Of a DNA stretch of 64,000 bases, positions 46,677-57,184 are shown in pieces. Each line of letters opens with the position of its first letter. Position 1 is the first letter of the stretch. Source of the stretch: Candidatus Latescibacterota bacterium (lineage in GTDB: Bacteria > Latescibacterota > UBA2968); NCBI GenBank assembly GCA_965205975.1, contig OZ242195.1, positions 384,001 to 448,000 of the forward strand. The letters are read 5' to 3'. Under the pieces are notes generated by a model that did not search any database, had not been told where the DNA came from, and was given only the letters and a program-made list of their open reading frames with translations. The position numbers and the translations under genes were made by a program.

Positions 46677-48434
46677 TTACACCTTTTTATGATCCCAATA
46701 GTCCAAAGCAAATTCTAAAATTTTTTCTTGTCTTTTCTGGATTGAAATATTATCCCATCGTCCCGTTTCTTGGTTGAGGAAATCGATCAACTCATTTTGC
46801 GTCTTAAGCGGGGCTTTGCGGAAATAATTTTGATTTTTGTACTCGAAGGGATGATTCAACTTGCTGCTATTCGCAGATTTCGGATCAATTGTCAAATTTC
46901 CGATGGCATGGAGATATTCCTCCTGAAAATCTTTGTTCATCTCTGGCAGAATTGATTCAGAGCCTCCTACAGTAACCTTGTTCTCTTTAGGATTTTGTGG
47001 GATGATATGCTCAATTGAGAACTTTGTCCGCGAATCGCGGTTATTAAATTCATCGTGGGACATTTCAGAAAAGATCGGATGCTCTTTCGCTCTGAGATGA
47101 TTCTCGTATTTCCAGAAGAGATAATTCTTGTCATTACTGCCTATCTCATTGTAAAAGTTGGGCGACGAAAGATAGCGACGAAATGCATCATTATTGCAGT
47201 ACCAGTCAACAAACTGTTTGAGTTTATTGATCAGTTCTTCGAAATTCCCATTAAAGTCCCTGGTCCATCTATACAGAGACTCACGCCCCGTAGTTGAGCG
47301 GCGTCTCCGAATACCGAAGATACGGAAGCAAATAATCTCAACCAATTGAGCAACCCGTTTGAAATTTTGCTTCCCAACCGCCCCATCAAGTTTGTAGGCT
47401 TTAATAAGCAAAGGATAAAATAGTGCTGGACGATTGAGGGCAAAAATATCGAGAAGATGGGGGTCTCTATCCCAAAGTAACTCCTTCATAGTTACAAAGC
47501 TCTCCTTTAATTCTCGGCCGTACCTGTCTATGAAATCCCTTGCCTCCGATCTATTGTTATTGACCAGTTTGTTCACCTCATTCTTGAGAGCTTGAACATA
47601 GTTCTGATATTCACTTTTGTGATTCCATTTTTCAAAAGCGATGAAGTGGTACTGCAAAATTGAATTTTCATCATCTATCCGATTTCTAATTGTCTCATAA
47701 TCGCGGTAGATTTCCCCAAACCAATTTTGGATGGTATCGAGATGGTCTTCAGGATTGCCAGATACCAAGTAGGTCTTGTACATCAAAAAACTCTTGGTTT
47801 TCTCCAGATTGGTCAGCGATTTTCCTCGATCATTGGTTGTCTCAAAGATCAGGGTTGCCTCAGCAGCATCTTCAACTGAATAGGTCAAGACCTTGGTGCG
47901 CTCAATTTTTTCCTTAAACTCCCGCAAGGTTTCAAGCTTGTAGTTTTCAAGTCGTTGACGAAGGTAATTTTTTGCCTTACGTAGCCGTTCTTGAGAAGGC
48001 GTTCGCACATTGCCATTGGAGAGCGGGTTATCCCCCAATATATAGGATTTGAAGAAGTCGTTATCGTCCTGTAAAACGCGGAGTTTGTGCTTGCCGTAAA
48101 GACAAATATATCTGTCTTCCAGTCTCCTAATCTCGATCTCTTTGCCATCTCTTTTAAGTTGATCGCGAAGTAGTTTCATAAAAATGATGAGCGTTGTGAT
48201 GCGCTGTTGTCCATCTACAATGTCAATGTTTTCAAAATCATCCGAAATTTCCTTTTTTTCTTGAAAAAGGATAGTACCAAAAAAGTAATCCTTGTCTAAT
48301 TTTTGATTTTCTATGTCATCGACAAAGTCTTCGAGGTGCTCTTTTTCCCAAGCGTAAGCTCGCTGATACTTTGGGATGTTAAAAATTTTACTGCCCTCGA
48401 ACAACTCTCTGATCGTTTTTTGTCCATTTTCCAA
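46677..48434 (-). CDS. DUF262-DUF1524 (GmrSD-like) modification-dependent nuclease
   Basis: IPKYQRAYAW, IVDGQQRITT, IFETTNDRG, HNH-like SIEHIIPQ...IGNLT...NS; TTG start after AAGGAGG; visibly AT-richer than flanks. Confidence 0.9.
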   Translation of the reverse strand: MENGQKTIRELFEGSKIFNIPKYQRAYAWEKEHLEDFVDDIENQKLDKDYFFGTILFQEKKEISDDFENIDIVDGQQRITTLIIFMKLLRDQLKRDGKEIEIRRLEDRYICLYGKHKLRVLQDDNDFFKSYILGDNPLSNGNVRTPSQERLRKAKNYLRQRLENYKLETLREFKEKIERTKVLTYSVEDAAEATLIFETTNDRGKSLTNLEKTKSFLMYKTYLVSGNPEDHLDTIQNWFGEIYRDYETIRNRIDDENSILQYHFIAFEKWNHKSEYQNYVQALKNEVNKLVNNNRSEARDFIDRYGRELKESFVTMKELLWDRDPHLLDIFALNRPALFYPLLIKAYKLDGAVGKQNFKRVAQLVEIICFRIFGIRRRRSTTGRESLYRWTRDFNGNFEELINKLKQFVDWYCNNDAFRRYLSSPNFYNEIGSNDKNYLFWKYENHLRAKEHPIFSEMSHDEFNNRDSRTKFSIEHIIPQNPKENKVTVGGSESILPEMNKDFQEEYLHAIGNLTIDPKSANSSKLNHPFEYKNQNYFRKAPLKTQNELIDFLNQETGRWDNISIQKRQEKILEFALDYWDHKKV

Positions 48435-48508
48435 AAGATACCTCCTTTTAATTGGTTTGGTACTCTCGTAATCCAGTCAATTGGGAAATCACAGTGAGCA
48501 CATCTTCC

Positions 48509-48548
48509 CACTTTTCACTTTTCACTTTTCACTTTTCACTTTTCACTT
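48509..48548. repeat. Heptanucleotide tandem repeat (CACTTTT)x5 plus CACTT
   Basis: Read directly; overlaps the stop codon of the esterase gene. Confidence 0.95.
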
Positions 48549-50190
48549 CTCCCTTCTCTTTTCGTCCGTGTGCGTCAAAAAAATCAAAAATGGAGGGCAG
48601 TGCTATATACCATATCGTGTTGTGAGTAGCGTCGGGATATTCGGTATAGGTGAAATTTGTCATATACTTTGCCAGCAGTTTTGCGGTGCGTCGAGCGGGT
48701 TCTGCCAGCGCGACCATATCCTTTGCCCCTTGTGAAAATAGCACGGGTAGATCGGCATGCGGTTTGACGTGTCTCGATCTTACCCACCGCCCGCTGGCCG
48801 CGATTGGCGCGATGGCGGCAAATTTTTCGGCATGTCTCAATCCCAGAATCCAGGTGCCGCCTCCGCCCATCGAATGACCGGTGAGGTACACGCGCTCTGG
48901 ATCGATATTGTAGATGGACAATACGCGATCCAATACATCCATGACATCTTGCCCGCCAATCCTGCGATACCCTGTGAAAGGTCCCCGTCCGCTCGGCGCG
49001 ACAAATAAATATCCGCGTTCTTGTGATAGGTGCTTGCACAGGTTCTCTGTTTCGCCTCTTCTGCGCCGGTCCAACCAGGTGTTTTCACTGCCAGAAGCTC
49101 CGTGAAGGCCAATGATCAGTGGCCATGATTGATCCGGTGTATATCCCTCTGGCACAAATATGCGGTAGGGTACGAGTTGGCTGTCAACTGCTGATTGATA
49201 CGCGAGGTGAAAGTCGCCAGTGCTTTTCTTCAGGGGGGCTTTTCCCGCCAAAAGTGCCGAAGATAGGGTTTCGGCGAGGTCGATGTCCGCCGGTATGTTA
49301 ATCGCGCCGCGCCAGGTCAATCCTCTGCCACCACCGCGGTATTTCATGACCATAGGTTGTGCGGTTCGCCTGAGGTCTCCCACATATTTGGCGTGCATTT
49401 CCTCGAGGTGTGTGACGATATATTCAATTGTTTCAACGGCTGCCCGCTGGGTCGCACCACGGGAAGCGATATTCTCACTCTGCAAGGTTTTTAGCCGCGT
49501 TTGCAAAATTTTCAGGCGTGAAGACATCGCATCTGTGTGCCAAAAAGCCCGTGTGACTCTCAGTAGAAGTTTGCCCGATGGATCGCGCAATTCATAGCGC
49601 ACGCCTGCACGTCCTTCGGGCAAGCCCGTTGTTGATAAGGCGCAAGTGAAAGCGCGGATAGACGATATTGGTAGTGTGCGCTCGTCAACCACACCCTTCG
49701 TCCCGCGCAGCGATAGCCGCGCTGTATATTTGCCTGAAAGCGGCTGTCCCAGGGTGAAGAGGGGTTTTAGTTGCACCTGAAGCGTGTCGCCCGTGTTTGT
49801 GATGGTGCGATTTAAGACCAGGTTGTAGCTTGCGGCGAGTTCTGTACCTTCGCTATAGCTACTGTCTCGCGTCATTGCCATAAATCGTATAAACAGGCGA
49901 TAGGCGCGATAGTTGTCTTTTTTGTCGAAAGCAGCAAAAGCTGAATCCGATAGTGCCTGGAGATCGGGTGGTACGCCCTCATCTGTTGCTTTCAGGCGAT
50001 TCAACGTAGAGCGCGTGACCACTGTAAATGCGCGGGCATCTTCCCAGGTGATATCGCCGAGTTGCTCGCCTTCGAGCAGGGTGATAGGAGGCTGGGCATA
50101 GCCTCTCACACAGGTTCCTATTATACAGCACAGGAATATGCCGCATATTGAGGTGTACTTAAAAAGAAGATGTGGGAAAGAGATGGGCAT
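48529..50190 (-). CDS. Secreted alpha/beta hydrolase (esterase/PHB-depolymerase-like) with large N-terminal domain
   Basis: PYRIFVP, LIIGLHG, GHSMGG nucleophile elbow, D in GAKDMV, H in DATH; ATG 50190 after GGAG. Confidence 0.85.
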   Translation of the reverse strand: MPISFPHLLFKYTSICGIFLCCIIGTCVRGYAQPPITLLEGEQLGDITWEDARAFTVVTRSTLNRLKATDEGVPPDLQALSDSAFAAFDKKDNYRAYRLFIRFMAMTRDSSYSEGTELAASYNLVLNRTITNTGDTLQVQLKPLFTLGQPLSGKYTARLSLRGTKGVVDERTLPISSIRAFTCALSTTGLPEGRAGVRYELRDPSGKLLLRVTRAFWHTDAMSSRLKILQTRLKTLQSENIASRGATQRAAVETIEYIVTHLEEMHAKYVGDLRRTAQPMVMKYRGGGRGLTWRGAINIPADIDLAETLSSALLAGKAPLKKSTGDFHLAYQSAVDSQLVPYRIFVPEGYTPDQSWPLIIGLHGASGSENTWLDRRRRGETENLCKHLSQERGYLFVAPSGRGPFTGYRRIGGQDVMDVLDRVLSIYNIDPERVYLTGHSMGGGGTWILGLRHAEKFAAIAPIAASGRWVRSRHVKPHADLPVLFSQGAKDMVALAEPARRTAKLLAKYMTNFTYTEYPDATHNTIWYIALPSIFDFFDAHGRKEKGEVKSEK

Positions 50191-50375
50191 AAGTGTCTCC
50201 TTTTTATCAATCAAAGGAGTGATGTACAACTGCGATAGCAGTTCATCATTTGACAAAATAAGTTCCCACGGGGAAAAACGCAAGGCTAAGGAACAATTCC
50301 GACTTGTGCGATGCAGAATACCACTTTATCATGATCTGTCACTACTATTGCCAATCTTATGCAAAGGATGAAATC

Positions 50376-51905
50376 ATGACTTCTACTGTTCGCAAATCCA
50401 TTGTCGCCCTGCTGTTATTGTTTCCCTGTCCCATTCTCGCAGATGTTTCTCTGCCCGCGATTTTTTCAGATAATATGGTGTTGCAGCAGCAGACTGCAAT
50501 ATCCGTGTGGGGAAATGCCAGTGCGAATGAGGATATTACTATTGAGTTAGATACCCAGCGCGTGACGATCACAGCAGATGCGGGGGGTACGTGGCAGATT
50601 CACCTGGGTCCTATGGAAGCGGGAGGCCCGTATGAACTCACCGTGCGCGGCGAGAATGTCGTCACTTTTAGCAATGTGATGGTGGGGGAAGTCTGGATCT
50701 GCTCGGGACAATCCAATATGGCCTGGCTCGTCAGACGTTCTCAAAATGCGGAGGAGGAGATCAAAGCGGCAGATTATCCCAATATCAGGCTTTTTACGGT
50801 CAAACGCAGTGCCGCGCAAAGGCCCGCACAAGATGTTGAGGGCACATGGAGTGTATGCGATACGGGTAGTGTCGGCAATTTTTCTGCAGTGGCCTATTAT
50901 TTTGGACGCCGTTTGCACAAGACCTTGAATGTGCCCATTGGTCTTATCAATACATCCTGGGGTGGTACACCGGCTGAAGCCTGGACTTCATTGCCCGCGC
51001 TTCAAGTCATACCGGAGTATGCGCCGCTGGGCAAACGCTGGGCAGAACACATCGCCGCTTATCCAGAAGCACAGAAGAGATTTCAAGCCAGACTCGCTGT
51101 ATGGCGTGCAAATACCGATAGCTTGCGTGCTCTGGGGCAACGCCGCCCGCGAGCACCGCGCGGTCCGAACCATCCCCATCGCCCGTCTGTGCTCTACAAT
51201 GGGATGATCGCACCTCTCGTTCCATATCCCATTCGCGGTGCGATCTGGTATCAGGGGGAATCAAATGCTGGTCGTGCGTATCAATATCGCGCGTTGTTTC
51301 CGGCGATGATTCAGAACTGGCGTTCGAGTTGGGGGCAGGGTGCGTTTCCGTTTTTCTTTGTACAGCTTGCCAATTTTAGACAGGTAAAGGAAAATCCCGA
51401 GGATAGTGCCTGGGCTGAATTGCGCGAGGCGCAATTGATGACGCTTTCATTGCCAAATACCGGTATGGCTGTGGCGATTGATATTGGAGAGGCAGACGAT
51501 ATTCATCCGAAAAATAAACAGGATGTTGGCTTGCGTCTGGCTCTGGGTGCAGAATCTATGGTCTATGGTATGGATCAACCGCATTCTGGTCCTATGTATC
51601 GGTCTATGGCGGTTGAAGAAGACAAAATTCGCCTGCAATTTGATCACGCATACAGTGGCTTAAAAGCAAAGGGCGACATGCTCAAAGGTTTTGCGATTGC
51701 CGGGCAAGATAGCAAATTCGTTTGGGCAGAGGCAAAGATTGATGGCAACGATGTGCTGGTCTGGAGCAAAGATATTCAGCAACCCGTTGCAGTGAGATAC
51801 GCATGGGCAGATAATCCAGTTTGCAATTTGTACAATGGGGCAGATTTGCCAGCATCGCCATTTCGCACGGATGACTGGCGCGGTATCACCGCTGACCGGC
51901 AGTAA
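50376..51905 (+). CDS. Sialate O-acetylesterase (SGNH)
   Basis: Signal peptide; FSDNMVLQ, GEVWICSGQSNM, WYQGESN, DIHPKNK, VRYAW. Confidence 0.92.
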   Translation: MTSTVRKSIVALLLLFPCPILADVSLPAIFSDNMVLQQQTAISVWGNASANEDITIELDTQRVTITADAGGTWQIHLGPMEAGGPYELTVRGENVVTFSNVMVGEVWICSGQSNMAWLVRRSQNAEEEIKAADYPNIRLFTVKRSAAQRPAQDVEGTWSVCDTGSVGNFSAVAYYFGRRLHKTLNVPIGLINTSWGGTPAEAWTSLPALQVIPEYAPLGKRWAEHIAAYPEAQKRFQARLAVWRANTDSLRALGQRRPRAPRGPNHPHRPSVLYNGMIAPLVPYPIRGAIWYQGESNAGRAYQYRALFPAMIQNWRSSWGQGAFPFFFVQLANFRQVKENPEDSAWAELREAQLMTLSLPNTGMAVAIDIGEADDIHPKNKQDVGLRLALGAESMVYGMDQPHSGPMYRSMAVEEDKIRLQFDHAYSGLKAKGDMLKGFAIAGQDSKFVWAEAKIDGNDVLVWSKDIQQPVAVRYAWADNPVCNLYNGADLPASPFRTDDWRGITADRQ

Positions 51906-51929
51906 GTCCCCCTTTCACAGGAGATTCAA

Positions 51930-52964
51930 ATGTCCGCTATGAAAGCAGCACTTTACAAAGGTATCCGCGAAATAGAATGGCAAGATGTTGAATATACGCC
52001 CCCGACACCGGGTTATATCACACTGCAAACGAGAAGTTCTGGCATCTGTGGTAGCGATCTGCACAATTATTTTGGCGAGTGGAAACCTTCACTCGAACGC
52101 GCCGCAGGACACGAGTTGTGTGGCACGGTTGCCGAAGTTGGCGAAGGCGTTACGGGTATCGAGGTAGGGGATCTCGTTACTGCCGAATGTTTTTCGCATT
52201 GTGGTACATGTCATTACTGCGTTACAGGTCGCTACAATCACTGCGCCAATCGCAAGTGGTTTTCGGGCGAATCTCATGGTGGCTTTGCAGAATACACAAC
52301 TGCACACAAAAATAGTGTCTTCAAATTGCCCGATATGACTTTTGAACAGGGTGCGCTTGTAGAACCCCTCGCTGTCGCGCATCGCGCACTCGCGCAGGCA
52401 AAAGCGTCTTATCAGGATCGGGTCGCTGTGATCGGTGGGGGAACAATTGGCCAACTTTGCCTGGCGGTTGCCAAAGCTATCGGTGTGCGCGAAACGCTTA
52501 TCACCACCAAATATTCGCAGCAGGCCGACCTCGCGCGCGACCTCGGCGCGGATCACGTCGTCGATATCACGACGACCGATGTGAAGGATGTGGTTAAAGA
52601 CCTTACCGATGGCATAGGGTATGACGCCGTTATCGAAACTGTGGGCACCGCGCAGAACTTCGATGATTCTATCGCCATATCGCGCCGCCATGCCATGATC
52701 GTTCTCGTGGCCGGTTACTTCAAGCCCCTCGAAGTTGACTTGCGCCAAATTGTCTGGTCCGAAGTCAATATCACAGGCTCTAATTGCTACGGTTTTAGCG
52801 GCATGAGAACCGATTTTGATGTCGCTATTGACCTCATTACTTCTGGGCGCGTGCAGGCTACGAAACTCGTCACCCACCGCTATCCCTTTGCCGATATCGC
52901 CGAAGCTTTTCACACCGCCGCTGATAAAAAATCCGGCTGTGTCAAAGTGCATCTTGTAAAATAA
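51930..52964 (+). CDS. Zinc-dependent alcohol/sugar dehydrogenase
   Basis: GICGSDLH, GHE, CGTCHYC..G....C, GGGTIG. Confidence 0.92.
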   Translation: MSAMKAALYKGIREIEWQDVEYTPPTPGYITLQTRSSGICGSDLHNYFGEWKPSLERAAGHELCGTVAEVGEGVTGIEVGDLVTAECFSHCGTCHYCVTGRYNHCANRKWFSGESHGGFAEYTTAHKNSVFKLPDMTFEQGALVEPLAVAHRALAQAKASYQDRVAVIGGGTIGQLCLAVAKAIGVRETLITTKYSQQADLARDLGADHVVDITTTDVKDVVKDLTDGIGYDAVIETVGTAQNFDDSIAISRRHAMIVLVAGYFKPLEVDLRQIVWSEVNITGSNCYGFSGMRTDFDVAIDLITSGRVQATKLVTHRYPFADIAEAFHTAADKKSGCVKVHLVK

Positions 52965-52976
52965 AAGGTGGGTTCT

Positions 52977-54179
52977 ATGGGCATTCGTCTCGGCATAGTT
53001 GGCGTGGGGGCATTTGCACAGGGTTTTATTTCTCTGTTCAATGCACATCCCGGTGTGGACCAGATCGTGCTGTGCGATCTGGATGCTGAAAAACGCCAGA
53101 GTAACGCCGAAAGACACGGGATTGTGCAGACGTCGCCGTCTCTCGATGATCTGTGTGATACGGATGTTGATGCTATCGCGATTTTTACCCAGAACTGGCT
53201 GCACGGGCCGCAGGCAGCGCAAGCACTTCGCGCGGGAAAACACGTCTATTCAGCCGTGCCACCGGGCATATTACTCGATGAACTTCGCGCTATTGTCGAA
53301 GCTGTGCGGGAAACGGGCAATATTTATATGCTCGGTGAAACGAGTTACTATTATCCAGCAGTGATTTACTGTCGGCAGCGATTTCGCGAAGGTGCATTTG
53401 GAGAGATTGTGTACGCCGAAGCCGAATATTATCACGACTGGGATCACGGTCTGTACGCTGTTGCAAAGTGGCGCGGCGGAGAAAATTGGCGCGAAACTGC
53501 TGGTGTGCCGCCCATGTTTTATCCCACCCATTCGACGAGTCAGATTCTCTCTATCACGGGCGCACGTATGACCCACGTTTCATGTCAGGGTTTCACAGAT
53601 CGCCACGAGGATAGAATCTATAAATCAAATAAGTGGAATAATTCTTTCAGCAATGAATCCGCGCTGTTCAAGTTGTCCGATGGCAGCACCGCACGCATCA
53701 ATGAATTTCGCCGTGTTGGACATCCAGGGACGGTGCGTATGACGATGTTTGGCACACAGGGCAGCTTTGAACACAATGCCTCGGGTGCTGTCTGGCTCAC
53801 AAAAGATCGGTCTGAACGCGAATCTCTCGACGCGCAACTCACCTGTCGCGTAGCGGTAAGACGCGTTGAGGGCGATATGGATAAGGTTACGGCAGACGAT
53901 GGGACGCATCACACCGTTGCGCCCGTTCATCCCGTTCACCGCTTGCCCGATGCGTTTAGAGGTTTGCCCAATGGTCACAATGGGTCACATCAGTTTCTGG
54001 TTGATGATTTTGTTCGCGCCTGTGTCTCGGGCAAGACGCCGCCGAACAATATTTACGAAGCTGCGCGCTACTTGATCCCCGGCCTCATTGCCCACGAATC
54101 GGCCCTCAAGGGCGGTGAGTTGCTCGATATTCCCGATTTGGGCGATCCGCCCACAGATAACCGATTGGAAATCGATTGA
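52977..54179 (+). CDS. Gfo/Idh/MocA family oxidoreductase
   Basis: GIVGVGAF, HVYSAVP, YMLGETS, YPTHS, HNGSH. Confidence 0.88.
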   Translation: MGIRLGIVGVGAFAQGFISLFNAHPGVDQIVLCDLDAEKRQSNAERHGIVQTSPSLDDLCDTDVDAIAIFTQNWLHGPQAAQALRAGKHVYSAVPPGILLDELRAIVEAVRETGNIYMLGETSYYYPAVIYCRQRFREGAFGEIVYAEAEYYHDWDHGLYAVAKWRGGENWRETAGVPPMFYPTHSTSQILSITGARMTHVSCQGFTDRHEDRIYKSNKWNNSFSNESALFKLSDGSTARINEFRRVGHPGTVRMTMFGTQGSFEHNASGAVWLTKDRSERESLDAQLTCRVAVRRVEGDMDKVTADDGTHHTVAPVHPVHRLPDAFRGLPNGHNGSHQFLVDDFVRACVSGKTPPNNIYEAARYLIPGLIAHESALKGGELLDIPDLGDPPTDNRLEID

Positions 54180-54226
54180 TCAGTTGTGGGGAAGAGTAGA
54201 AATCATCCATAAACAGGGAGTTCGCC

Positions 54227-54964
54227 ATGTCTTATTTTTCCAACGAAGAAAAAGCCTTTTTTAAAAAAAATGGCTATGTTGTCAAACCCGATTTGATTGC
54301 ATCAGAGCTACTCAAAAATGCGCGGGATGCCGTGTGGGAATATATCGAGGCGGATCGCGATGATCCCCAGACATGGATTAACGCGGGCCCCAAAGGCAAT
54401 CTTCCGTGTAGCGATCATCCCGCAGTCGCGGCTATGAGGACAGATACACCGCTTTACGACATGGCCGAAGAACTCGCGGGTAAGGGGCGTCTTCGCTCGC
54501 CTGGCAATGGGCTGTGTAAGATGATCTATCCTTGTGGTCATACAGATTGGCAGCCGCCGCGAGGGCATCTGGATGGGTATCTTATCGAAGGTGTGGCGGA
54601 TACTTTCACCGTTGCCGTTACTATTAATATCAGCGATGTTTTGCCCCGTGGCGGCGGTTTTACCACATGGGCGGGGGCACATCTCAAGGTTGCCCGATAC
54701 TTTCAGGGGCATGCCCTGACTAATTTAAGCGGTCTCAAAGTGCCCGGTTTTTTACATCCCGATACGCGCTATGAACACGCCGCGCCTGCGGGTACGGTTT
54801 GCTTTTGGCACCACTATATGTTGCACACGGCCAGTATGAATTGTCGGACAGATATCCGCATGGCGATTGTCAATCGCTTTGCTTTCAAGAATCTGAGCGA
54901 TATCCTGTTCGATCTGCCCTTTGATCTGTGGGATCACTGGGAAGGCTTGCGCGATATCAACTGA
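54227..54964 (+). CDS. Phytanoyl-CoA dioxygenase (PhyH) family protein
   Basis: FFKKNGYVV, HLD, GGFTTWAGAH, WHHYMLHTA, R in DIRMA. Confidence 0.8.
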   Translation: MSYFSNEEKAFFKKNGYVVKPDLIASELLKNARDAVWEYIEADRDDPQTWINAGPKGNLPCSDHPAVAAMRTDTPLYDMAEELAGKGRLRSPGNGLCKMIYPCGHTDWQPPRGHLDGYLIEGVADTFTVAVTINISDVLPRGGGFTTWAGAHLKVARYFQGHALTNLSGLKVPGFLHPDTRYEHAAPAGTVCFWHHYMLHTASMNCRTDIRMAIVNRFAFKNLSDILFDLPFDLWDHWEGLRDIN

Positions 54965-54976
54965 AAGGATGCCGTT

Positions 54977-55948
54977 GTGGCGCGAATGAAACGACTTGAA
55001 AAACTCGACGGCTTCGCCAATGTGCAGATGGTCGAAGTCGAACAGCCAGAACCCGGTCCCGATCAGATGCTGATTGAGGTCAAGCGCAGCCTGATCAGCA
55101 GGGGGTCGGAGCTATTTTGGCGATACGTCCGGGAAGAGGCGGTAAGTCCTGAAATGATGGGGTATTCCGACGCGGGTGAGGTCGTGGGCGTGGGGGCTAA
55201 TATCCAGGATTTCGCAGTGGGACAGCGCGTCATGGCGAATACCCCGCACGCTCAGTACGTCATTGCCGGCGAAACCGATAGATCCCGGCGCGCTTTCCTC
55301 CTTCCAGACGAACTCAGCTATGAGACCGCGACCTTTCTCCCACTCGCGACCAGTTCTGTAATGTGGATGCGCACTTCGCCAATAGAACCCGGACAGACCG
55401 TTGTCGTACTCGGCCAGGGGATCGTAGGTGCGCTGTGCGCTCAGATCGTCTGGGAACGCGATCCCGGACGTGTGATCGTCGTCGATGCACAGCCTCTCCG
55501 ATGCGATATCGCGCGGAAACTGGGGCACGAAAATGTGATCAATGTCTCCCAGACCGACTCCGTGGCGGCGGTCAAGGAACTCACAGATGGCAAGGGTGCC
55601 GACCTCGTCGTTGAGTGCGTCGGTGGCTACGCTGGCATCCAGTCCTTCGAACAAGCTCAGAAGATGCTCGCACCCAGGGGAACGATTCACCTCATCGCGA
55701 AGTATCAAGGTGCGCCATTGCCCCTGGTAGGGGACGCGTTCATGAACAAGCAGATCATCGCGGGCATCCGCATCGATACACCGAGAGAGGCGTGTATGCA
55801 GGATGCAGCCCATATGCTAATCGACGGACGGGTCAAAGTCGCCGAACTGATTACCCACAGACTCCCCTGGGAACAAACTCCGGATGCGTATCACCTGCTC
55901 TATCACAAGCCGGACGAAGCACTCGGCGTTATTCTGGAGTGGGATTGA
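54977..55948 (+). CDS. MDR family dehydrogenase lacking canonical Zn-binding Cys
   Basis: ISRGSEL, GYSDAG, GQGIVG, LITHR. Confidence 0.85.
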   Translation: MARMKRLEKLDGFANVQMVEVEQPEPGPDQMLIEVKRSLISRGSELFWRYVREEAVSPEMMGYSDAGEVVGVGANIQDFAVGQRVMANTPHAQYVIAGETDRSRRAFLLPDELSYETATFLPLATSSVMWMRTSPIEPGQTVVVLGQGIVGALCAQIVWERDPGRVIVVDAQPLRCDIARKLGHENVINVSQTDSVAAVKELTDGKGADLVVECVGGYAGIQSFEQAQKMLAPRGTIHLIAKYQGAPLPLVGDAFMNKQIIAGIRIDTPREACMQDAAHMLIDGRVKVAELITHRLPWEQTPDAYHLLYHKPDEALGVILEWD

Positions 55949-55975
55949 TCTGATTTTGAGCAGGGAGGAGACACT

Positions 55976-57172
55976 ATGAAGAAACTTCGATTGGCTGTTG
56001 TGGGGTGCGGTGCTTATGAAAGTTCCCGCGCCCGCGGATATATCGCGACGATGGTCAAGCTGGCCGATCTCTACGATTTGTGCGCGATCTGCGATCATAG
56101 CGAGCAGTCGTTACAGGTTGTTGGCGAGCGTTTTGGCGTTGATGCGCGATATACCGATTTTGAATCTATGCTCGATCGGGAAAGTCCAGATGTGGTTTTT
56201 ATTCTCGTTCCCACAGATGGACAGGCGGTTATGGCTTTGACGGCTGTTGAGCGCGGGTGTCATATTATCACGGAGATTCCCTATGCCCACACGCTGGCGA
56301 TTGGCGATGCAATTGATCGGGCGTGCCGGGATAGAGGGGTTGTTTGGGAGGTCGCTGAAAATGTCTGGCTCTGGCCCCAGGAACAATTAAAACAAAAGAT
56401 CGTTAGAGAAGGGTTGCTTGGGAAACTGACACATGCGCGTCTCTGGTACACGTCTGGTAGCTATCACGGGATCAACGGGGTCAGGATGATTCTCGACAAG
56501 GCCGCGACCCGTGCCCTGGGCTATGCACAATCGGTGGAGGTATTGCCATATAGCAATTATGGTGGGGTGGAGGAGACGAGCCGATGGTGGGAGAGTGCTG
56601 TTGTCGAATTCGAAGATGATGTGGTCTGTTTATACGAGATGTCGCCTGCCGGTGCGCGTGGCAATTTCTGGGATGTCGAAGGGGTGGAAGGGCATCTTTC
56701 GGGCCAGGAGTTGGTGCTTTATGGCGGCGGTGAACGCGCATCTTATCCAATTCGGGAGGTGTTTGAGGAGATTGACGGCGAGCAGGTTCTCTCGGCCGTT
56801 CGCGTGGATACCGATCCACCGGTTGTCTGGGAGAATCCATTCAAGTACCAGAAGGTTTCCCAGACGGACGATGTGGCTAAAGCCGCGATTCTCGATAGCC
56901 TTCACAGGGCAGTGACAGAGGGATCAGAACCGCAGTATTCTCCTGCAAATGCACGCAGGGATCTGGAGATCTGGATTGCGATTCGCGAGAGCGCGAATAA
57001 GGGGAGTGTCTGGGTTGATCTTCCGCTGATGGAACAGACAGATCTCGAGCTACGATTTGAAGCCGAATTTGTTCGGCAGTACGGCGGTCATCCCATTACA
57101 GATCGCAAGCGTCTGCTGAATGCGCCTTTCCAGCGTCTCAGTCCGCTGTGGACCGTGGCCGGTTGGTTGTGA
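55976..57172 (+). CDS. Gfo/Idh/MocA family oxidoreductase
   Basis: LAVVGCG, ARYTDFESML, HIITEIP, EVAEN. Confidence 0.85.
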   Translation: MKKLRLAVVGCGAYESSRARGYIATMVKLADLYDLCAICDHSEQSLQVVGERFGVDARYTDFESMLDRESPDVVFILVPTDGQAVMALTAVERGCHIITEIPYAHTLAIGDAIDRACRDRGVVWEVAENVWLWPQEQLKQKIVREGLLGKLTHARLWYTSGSYHGINGVRMILDKAATRALGYAQSVEVLPYSNYGGVEETSRWWESAVVEFEDDVVCLYEMSPAGARGNFWDVEGVEGHLSGQELVLYGGGERASYPIREVFEEIDGEQVLSAVRVDTDPPVVWENPFKYQKVSQTDDVAKAAILDSLHRAVTEGSEPQYSPANARRDLEIWIAIRESANKGSVWVDLPLMEQTDLELRFEAEFVRQYGGHPITDRKRLLNAPFQRLSPLWTVAGWL

Positions 57173-57184
57173 TGCAAATTACTC

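Noticed and set aside
48509..48548. CRISPR array
   Set aside because: Contiguous 7-bp units without spacers, and no cas genes
52089..53243. 384-aa antisense ORF and similar long shadow ORFs (e.g. 10740-11609, 55112-55813, 45094-45837)
   Set aside because: They lie opposite well-supported genes and lack motifs; expected from codon bias
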